A DNA stretch of 64,000 nucleotides from Octopus vulgaris (lineage: Eukaryota), in contig OX597829.1 in assembly GCA_951406725.2 (NCBI GenBank), forward strand, positions 24,676,001-24,740,000, given 5' to 3'. The notes under the pieces were generated by a model. It was given only the letters and a program-made list of their open reading frames with translations, was not told the origin of the DNA and did no database searches. This document shows, piece by piece, positions 55,426 through 64,000 of the stretch; position 1 is the first letter of the stretch, and every line of letters starts with the position of its first letter. A program made the translations under genes and the position numbers.

Positions 55426-55820
55426 CATACTCACTGTATATATATATGAGTGTGTGTGGTGATCATGGCTTGCTGATAACATAATATATATTAGTCAAGT
55501 TTTTTGTACGCGAGTTCATTTACATGGTGAAACCAAGAACAGAGAGAACTCAATACCTGGAAGAATAAATAATATTTTGGCATTGTTATTGTTTTAAGTT
55601 TATTATTTCCAGTCCTTGACTTGATTCCTAACATATGGCATTGTCCACCTAAACCTGATAGTGCCCATCCCTCATTAAGACTACGCTTGAAGTTATCATT
55701 AGACAAGAATGTAATGTATTAGAACTGTTGCACTACATTGGAAAACCTTCGAGCTATAATTTCATTTTGTGGGTTTTTTTTAGTACACACGCCAGACATA
55801 CGAATACGCACACACACAAC

Positions 55821-55864
<44 letters not shown>

Positions 55865-56078
55865 GTTGTGTGTGTGTATTCGTATACCCCCACACACTAT
55901 ACATTATATATACTTATATATATATATACACACACACTACACATATTTATATATACACACACACTACATTTATACATACATTCTATATATAAACTAGATT
56001 TTCATATATATACACACACACAATACACACATATATCCACACGCGTATATATATTTATTTTATACTAATATACGCACA

Positions 56079-56127
<49 letters not shown>

Positions 56128-56163
56128 CACGATATACACTACATACATACGCAGAGACATGAG

Positions 56164-56202
<39 letters not shown>

Positions 56203-56873
56203 CACACTAGTAATAAAACTAGTGAAGAGTATGTTTGTGTCATTCAACCTGTTAGAAATAGCAACCTAATCATTGTACATCACAGAATCGGGATAAGTGT
56301 AGGTCTTAAAAAAAATAAATAATTGAACAGAGATGGTCACGCCTGGAACACATACGACGATAATATTGCCCTGAATGAACTGCCCTCGGATAACAACAAC
56401 GATAATGTGTGCATGTCTCTCCCTGCTCACCTTTTATTTTCGTCCAAGACAGGAATTTTAAATAGAATAAAGAACATAGAATGTTTGGTTTAAGATGTTT
56501 CTAGAGAGGGGAATAGCAGAGAATGGACCAAACATATATGGAAGGAAATACAAACACACATATGAGAGTATGAGTGTGCATAGAAGTATAGTGTATATAT
56601 ATTATATATATATTCATAGGTATTACATAGATGTATTTCTATATAAATATGTGTGTGTGCGTGTATATATATATGTGTCGTTAAAACAAAGAACAGTAAT
56701 GTATATACAACATATGATAATAAATATACATACACATAATAACATTTATGTAAATTATATAATAGAATAAATAAGGATATAAATAGAGAGAGAAACGTTA
56801 TTCATATACAAATATGTGTGCGTGTGTGTAGAAAGGGGACATATATATATTTACATATATATATATATATTTT

Positions 56874-56930
<57 letters not shown>

Positions 56931-57094
56931 ATACATACATACATATATGTAATATTTTGTATGGTAGAAGCCATATTGAACATTTACTCTAACAGTAAGA
57001 AGAAATCAAACAGGACATAGACAAGATATACATGTACATAATTTTAGAGAGAAATCTTGTATTAAAATGGCAAGAAAATATGTGTAATTTTTAC

Positions 57095-57138
57095 CTCATG
57101 AAATCCCTCATTAATCGTCTCCTCGCCGGCGTAGCCAT
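57095..57138 (-). CDS. UBE2A: Rad6/UBE2A-like E2 ubiquitin-conjugating enzyme, coding exon 1 (44 nt; MATPARRRLMRDFM-R)
   Basis: Reverse complement reads ATGGCTACGCCGGCGAGGAGACGATTAATGAGGGATTTCATGAG|GTAAAA, matching the Rad6 N-terminus MSTPARRRLMRDFKR. GT donor at 57094-57093; frame joins exon 2. Confidence 0.95.
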
Positions 57139-57764
57139 TTCTGGGGGGGAGGGGGGGCTTATCCGGAGCTTTTACTTAATTTCTGTATTTATCTTTGATA
57201 TTGTTATTGTCGTTGTTATAGTGTTTTGTCTATTTTTTTTTCCCTTTAATATTCAGTTATATATACATATATATATACACACATATATACGTATATATAT
57301 ATATTAAAAAAAAAGAAAAAATTCCTCTTTACCAAGAACGAGATTAAATCACACTTAGGAGTCTGTTTTTTTTTTAGTTGTTGTTGTTGTTTTTGTTGTT
57401 GTTGGCCTTCACTGATGCTGCTGCTGCTGCTGCTGCTGCTGATGATGCTTTTGTGCTTGTTTTTTTGTTGAGCAACGATTTTGTATTTCTTCTTCTTCTT
57501 CCACAAATGTTGGAACTTTCCTAACACCGTTTTTTTTTCTAATTTTATTTATTTATTTATATTTTTAATCTAGTTTATTTATTCCATACATATATTTGTT
57601 ATATGTACTTGTTAGTTACATATATGTATAGAGATAGATACGTATAAAGCCCTCTATATTTATTTATATATACACACATATATATATATATATATAAATG
57701 TATGTACAGACACACATACAAAGTATATGTATTACATTTATTTGTGTGTATTTATATTTTTGCA

Positions 57765-57795
<31 letters not shown>

Positions 57796-57840
57796 TATGT
57801 TTATATCAGTGTGTGTGTATGTATATGTGTTCTTGTTTTT

Positions 57841-57906
57841 ACTTTCCGTTGATGACGTAATGCATCCGGGACTTTCTTTGCACATGCACGTGACATTCAT
57901 GTGAAC
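57841..57906. promoter_or_regulatory. Candidate proximal promoter/enhancer of the Rad6 gene (CRE/ATF-like, E-box and NF-kB-like motif cluster)
   Basis: ATGACGTAA (57852-57860), GGGACTTTCT (57868-57877), CACATG (57881-57886), CACGTGAC (57887-57894) and TCATGTGA (57897-57904) fall within about 60 bp, roughly 720-770 bp upstream of the ATG, with intact CpGs in CpG-poor surroundings. Confidence 0.45.
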
Positions 57907-58433
57907 CAACCAGCCCAGACAAGTCTTTCAGTCGTTACTACCACCACTATTAGTATTGCTGCTGCTACTACTACTACTACTACTACTAATGCTGCTGCTG
58001 CTGCAGTATTACTATATTTATATTGATATGTGGTAATTGTTGTTTAACCACAGGTGAGCTCTGATTCAGCCGATCTATGATCAGAAGCGTTCCACTATCA
58101 ACAACAGCATCTTTTCCTTGCTTCCACACACCCAGGACTGCATTACAGTCCTGTTTTTAAGAAACTAGGTGTAATTTTAGATAGTTTTTGGCTATTATTT
58201 CTAGCCTGTCAAGATACTTCATGGAGGCTGTTTTTTCTTTTAATTATTTTTGTGTATGTTGCGTTGATCGCGTCGTTAAGGAGCTGTTTGTTATTAAGTC
58301 TCGTACTGGCTTTATCTAGGAGAGCGAAGAGCTTCCCGAACTCTTTGCAAAGTTGCACATTTTCCTATTACACCTGCAGGAGCAACAGAATCTCTTTAGG
58401 GATGTAATGCAGGGTGCTGTCTTCTGTTAGAAG

Positions 58434-58465
<32 letters not shown>

Positions 58466-58518
58466 CCGGACTAAACACATAAATGTGAAACAAGGTGTAA
58501 AAAAGAGTACTCAAATAC

Positions 58519-58646
58519 CAGAAAATTCAACAAAATCTGTTACTCTGAGTTTCTCGTTGTCGTTCATCAGACAGTTTTTGCTAGAAAAAACTGTCTGATG
58601 AACGGCAACGAGAAACTCAGAGTAACAGATTTTGTTGAATTTTCTG
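58519..58646. mobile_element. Foldback element C (near-perfect ~61-bp arms) with a hammerhead motif in each arm
   Basis: 58519-58579 versus 58586-58646 differ by one mismatch; centre GCTAGA; (TA)n runs nearby on both sides. Confidence 0.8.
58591..58628 (+). ncRNA. Minimal type-I hammerhead ribozyme motif (mirror copy on the minus strand at 58537-58574)
   Basis: ctgt-CTGATGA-a cg gcaa cg a-GAAAC-tcaga-GTA-acag: stem I ctgt/acag, intact core, palindromic stem III ACTC-A-GAGT, GUA triplet. Stem II is weak (2 bp plus a GCAA tetraloop). Confidence 0.7.
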
Positions 58647-58712
58647 CTGCTTTAAATAAAGTATGTATATATATTGGCTAAACTGGCAATATGACCATTC
58701 CGAAATATAACA

Positions 58713-58828
<116 letters not shown>

Positions 58829-59560
58829 AGCATCGGGCTAAATGCTCTGCGGAATTTGTTCCGGCACTTTAACCGTTTTGAGTTCAAATCCGGCGGTGTT
58901 CAACTTTACTTTGCATCACTCCGAGATTGATAAAAGGAAAAACCAGTGAAGTCTTGTGGTCAATTTAATCGATTAAATAAATACTCCTCTCTCAAAATTT
59001 CTAACCCTAAGCATGTGTTAGAAATTATTATTATTATTATTATTATTATTGTTATTACTTTAAGGTATTTAATTGTGTACTTCAAATTGTGCCAAGGTCA
59101 ACTTTGCCTCCCATCCTTCCGGATGAAATACCAGTCAAGTGCTGGGACTCCTGCCCCTTCAATATGTATCTACGTGGCTATATTAGAAATGATTTTTATC
59201 TACCGAGGTGACATAATCATTTGTACACCGGACAAATGTTTGGTGGCATTTCATCCGGCTTTACGTTCTACTTAAAATTTGAGGTCTTGTGACTGTTAGA
59301 AATATGTATGATTATTATTTGTCTTTCGTACTTGTCTTTTTTCTTTTCTTTTTTGTCACCCTCGAATCTAAACCTTCGCGTTTTTATTTTTTAATAATTT
59401 ATTTTTGTATTATCCCTGCTTCTGCGGTACTTATAGGGGAAAAAAATTAAGTTATGACCCTAAGTTCTGATTTAAAATCCCACTAAAGTAGATAATACTT
59501 TCATCCTTTCACAATCAATAAAATAAGTTACAGGCGAGCAAAGGGTCGACATAATCGATT

Positions 59561-59601
<41 letters not shown>

Positions 59602-61272
59602 CACATACACAACTTCTGCTCGAGAAATTCTTAACGTAAATATTGTTACATAAGTCGCCTTTTCGTTTCGATTTCGATAATACTACACGATATTTAAGTT
59701 TGAAGATGCTAGTTATGTCCCTTCGCTTTCACTTCTGACCGGGTTCAAACTCGTCTTCCTACGCTCCCACATATTTCTGTCTTCTGTATAATCATTATTA
59801 TTTAATGCGGTGAGTTAGCAGAACCTTCAGCCTCGAGGACAAAAATGCTTTTTGCAGCAATTTTTCCTGCTCTTTACATTACGAGTTCAAATTCTGCTGA
59901 GATCGGCTTCACCTTTCATCCTCTTGTGACCCCCAAGGATCGATAGGATAAATAAATCGACTAGCCCTCTCCCCCAAAATTAGAGACTTTACGCATTTTA
60001 AATTTTTTACTGGCTAATGAGAAACACATAAGAGATGTCAACCGTTCACTCTTCCAACATTTTGTAAGGTGTCAGGGAGCAGGGAAGAAATGGTAATCTT
60101 GTTCAAGCCGCACGTTTTGAAAACAGACTTCCTCCCACCACCGTTATAGAACGAAAGCAACGTAATATATTAAATAAAATTCGGCATACCTATACAAGTA
60201 CCCCCCTCCCCACGGCTTTGTTTCTCAATAACTTCCAAAAAAATTGATATTTTTTTAACAAATATGCTTCAAATGTTGCAGATTATTATTATATCGGAAT
60301 TTTTTGTGAAAAGATTTTTCTGAGGATGGGGAAGGGAGTTTCTGAAAATTTTAAAAGTTGTCTTTGTTTCCTCATAACTTTCAGAAGAATGGGTATTTGT
60401 TTTTGAAATTTTCTACAAATACCTTTCAGATGGTGTTGATTACGATTATATAGGAATTTAATACGAAAAATATTGGTGGACTCGCCCACATACATGACAC
60501 TCATAACAATTTTTTCCGAAATTTCAAGTTTCATATGATGTGTGTCTGTATGTTTGTGAGCTATGTAACAGTAAACAAAAATGACCACTGATACCAACAT
60601 AATGGACAAAAGAACCAGTTTTTATGTATTGATTTCAGATTTTGGTACTAAGCCAGCAATTTCGTGAGAGGGATAAGTCGATTACATTGATCCTAGTCCT
60701 TAACTGGTACTCATTTTATCAACCCAGAAAAGATGAAAGAAGACAAAGTTTACCCCAGCAGCATTTGAACGTAGAACGTAAAAATCAAAAGAAATATTGC
60801 TAGGTGCTTTGTCCAACATGGTAACAATTCTGCCAGCTCACCATCTTAACCACTCTTTATATATTAACAATTTCAAGTAATTGTGCATCTTGTAATGGTA
60901 AATAAAAACCAGTATTTCTTCTGTCGTTTATTCCATGGTCATCATTTACCCATTACATTGTAGAAACCTGACGTACATTTGTTACACCCATCAGTTACAT
61001 ATATCCATGACTGAATAAAGTGATATGGTACTAAATTCAAATATTTTGAAGTAGCCTTAATTTTGTTTTGTTTTCAAATTTATGTAGTATCATTAATATA
61101 CTATAGAGTATTACCTATCATATAACAGGTAACTTTGAAAGTATACCTCTGAGTAATATTAGAAAATATGGCATACATACCACAAATTATAATTTACTTT
61201 TATCAAATTTCTTGGCACATACAGAATGATGAAATGAACACCTATTTTCAATACTTTAAAATGAAATTAAGT

Positions 61273-61645
61273 AAGCGTAGGAGTGGCTGTGTGGTAAGTA
61301 GCTTGCTTACCAACCACATGGTTCCAGGTTCAGTCCCACTGCGTAGTACCTTGGGCAAGTGTCTTCTACTATAGCCTCGGGCCAAGCAAAGCCTTGTGAG
61401 TGGATTTGGTACATGGAAACTGAAAGAAGCCCGTTATATATATGTATGTGTTTGTCCACCCAACATCGTTTGACAACCGATGCTGGTGTGTTTACGTCCC
61501 CGTAACTTAGCGGTTCAGCAAAAGAGACCAATATAATAAGTACTAGGCTTGCAAAGAATAAGTCCTAGGGTCGATTTGCTTGACGAAAGGTAGAGCTCCA
61601 GCATGGCCACAGTCAAATGACTGAAACAAGTAAAAGAGAGTAAAG
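61273..61645 (+). mobile_element. Full-length tRNA-derived SINE, family A (octopus OK/OR-type)
   Basis: TGGCTGTGTGGTAAG A box, GGTTCAGTCCC B box, internal microsatellite and 3' CAAATGACTGAAACAAGTAAAAGA; many copies in the window. Confidence 0.85.
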
Positions 61646-62175
61646 AATAAAACAAATTTCTCATTTGTATAATTCCTCCCATAACTATTCTATCATTCTA
61701 ACTCCCTTTCTTCTGTTTCTATGATTCTTTCTCTTCATGAATCTTGCACCCCTTAAAATTAACTCTCTCTGTATCTCTCTTTTGCTCTCTCTATTTGATA
61801 TAAAGCATGACTGGACAAAAAAAAAGAATCAAGCAATCAACTAACCAACCAACATTTATACAAACTATTTTTATAGAGATTTGTGTTTTGAGATATTATT
61901 GTTATATTTACAGCTACCAAATGCTGTAATACTTAAGAGATAGTTATAGATTTCTCAAGGGGAATTATACAATCCAGTATGAAATTTTATGAAACAACCA
62001 AGACTACTACATATATGGTATGTCCAACAATAAAATATGACTAGTTACCTTTTGGAACATGTTTTTATTTGAGAATTTCTGGGGGGTTTTTTTGTTTGTT
62101 TTTTGTTTAACATGTTAATTTCACTCTTTGTTCACTTCTATATTTGTTTATTCAGGCTAGTACAGAGTAGATTAA

Positions 62176-62567
62176 TCTCTATATATATAAAGCTGAAGTT
62201 GTCTGTGTATGGCAGGTTTGGTAGCCTTCAACTAACACTATCTCTTCCGAGACCCTGCGGCGCAAGTTGACCAAAATTAAAAGTATGATAGAAGAAGGAT
62301 TGCTCTTCCTTCCGTAGAAGAAAAAATTCAAATCGGACGATGTTAACACCAAAAATTATTAACATCAAAAAGGTGCTTTTTTTCTATGAAAATCCCTATT
62401 TTTTACGATTTTTTTACTACTGTGTCGTCATTTTTCGGTGTATTTCAACCAGAAAAATGTTCACTTAAAGAGAATAACAAGCTACATAATGCAAAATTTT
62501 TACTTTTCAAAAATTCCAATTCTAAAGGGTCAAAACAAACCCAAGCAATGCCGGGCGATACTGCTAG
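62176..62567 (+). mobile_element. Non-autonomous Helitron
   Basis: A|TCTCTATATATATAAA ... AAACCCAAGCAATGCCGGGCGATACTGCTAG|T; same 3' end as 5724-6085. Confidence 0.8.
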
Positions 62568-64000
62568 TATATTATTAAAGTATAGTTTTATGGCTAGATG
62601 TTCTTCTTGTTGCTAATCTTTAGCTGTTTTTCAAGCAAGGAATATGTTATTCTTTTGAAGCTGCAATGCCAACAGACAACCCATTGACAGCAGAAATGAT
62701 GACAATGTCACTGCCTAAAGCTCAGCAATTTTAAAAAAAGCACAAATATATATACACACAAACACCTATATATACATAAATACATGCATTTATACATATG
62801 TCTGTCCATCAATGTTTTTTATTCCTTCAGCCAGTCCATCCATTCATTGATCCATACATCCACAATAGGTTTCTTTCAGTTTTTTTCTCTACCAATTCTA
62901 CATGTAAGACTTTGCTTAATCAAGTGAGAAGTAAAGTTCTTAACATCACAGCCCAGACAGTACCTATGTTAATGTATTTCCCTTAATTTTTCCTTAAATT
63001 GTTACATTCTTTACACTTGTTACAGAAGTTAAGGATAATTTGAAAACGAATTGCTTCTGTTCTCAAAAAGTGCAGCTTCAACAAGATTATTGTTAAAATA
63101 TATGCTTTTAAAAATCGTTTTATTCATTCTCACCATTTCAGATTGTTATTATGGTGTTTAGCCCAAGGTGAAACTTGGCTCACCAAATCTATGCTAAAAA
63201 GTATTCCATCTGTGACCATCCAATCTTTTTCTCTGTTGAGTAATAATCAAAGGAATGCAATTCTGCATACAAGCAGCTGAAATGGTTGTTTCTGTAAAGG
63301 ATCTTGTGAGCAATATTATTTGACAAAGTAACCCAGAGCTCAGAAAGTCACTCTGAGCCACTGTTTGTCTGCTTTGAGAGATCTCAACTCTAGTACTACA
63401 GTCATGTGATTTGAATGTTGTAGGAGGTAATCACCAGATTGGTTCTTCAAGCCAGTAGGCAAGAAACATAGGAGTAGACCAAGAACAAGACAGTTGGATA
63501 ATATCCATAACCTCAGTTGCTCATACCTGGGAATCCAACCAGAAAGTGTGATGACAGTTGCTTCTGATAGAGTCTTCCTATGGAGGTAGTACGTGAGAAT
63601 TTTACTCCCTTAACTCTTCCAGGAATAATGGACATAAAAGTTGGATGGATTGACAATGATGACAATTATTCAACAAGTCCTTTTTTTTTTTAATAAAAAA
63701 GTTAAGGTGTGATTCGAGGGAGATGTGATTGTTATTTCTGGCAGGTCAAGTGACCATAAATTCTGGTGATGGAAAGGCTATGGATTTTTAAAAAATTGAG
63801 TTACAGTGAAATGACTGAACTTCTAAGTGGTCATTCAACTTGCAAGAAATGACTACCAATTTTTTTTAAACTCATGCTTTACCTGCTAAAAGACACATTA
63901 GATGGTGAACTTTTGGAATAAAGAATTTTATCCACAAAAGAAAACATGTTTAGGAAGGGAATTTCTAAACCAGACAATTATTCTTGTATTTATAATGTTG

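Noticed and set aside
57246-57527. 93-aa upstream ORF with poly-K/S/Q
   Set aside because: Non-ATG start and composed of simple repeats.
60180-60620. Possible non-autonomous DNA element and 106-aa ORF 60289..60609
   Set aside because: Looks repeat-like, but I could not define termini or a TSD, and the ORF has no recognisable motif.

Overview
AT-rich, repeat-dense eukaryotic DNA. It is most likely an octopus/coleoid cephalopod, inferred from recognisable tRNA-derived SINE families, RTE LINE debris and abundant (TA)n/(CA)n microsatellites. One protein-coding gene spans almost the whole window on the minus strand: a Rad6/UBE2A-B ubiquitin-conjugating enzyme. Four coding exons are visible (57138-57095, 24936-24856, 12246-12131, 1186-1098; codons 1-110, including catalytic Cys88), separated by introns of about 32, 12.6 and 10.9 kb; the last exon lies beyond position 1. 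The introns hold SINEs, RTE/CR1 LINE fragments, a decayed mariner, hAT- and piggyBac-type MITEs and Helitron/Helentron-type elements. The most striking unexplained signal is three unrelated foldback (palindromic) elements at 9.1, 39.6 and 58.5 kb. Each carries, on both arms, a minimal type-I hammerhead ribozyme motif (CUGANGA-stem II-GAAA-palindromic stem III-UH), and one is fused to a tRNA-like Pol III head. A second signal: three of the departures of this Rad6 from the animal consensus in exon 3 are G-to-A changes that A-to-I editing could reverse. All calls were made by eye and repeat boundaries are approximate.
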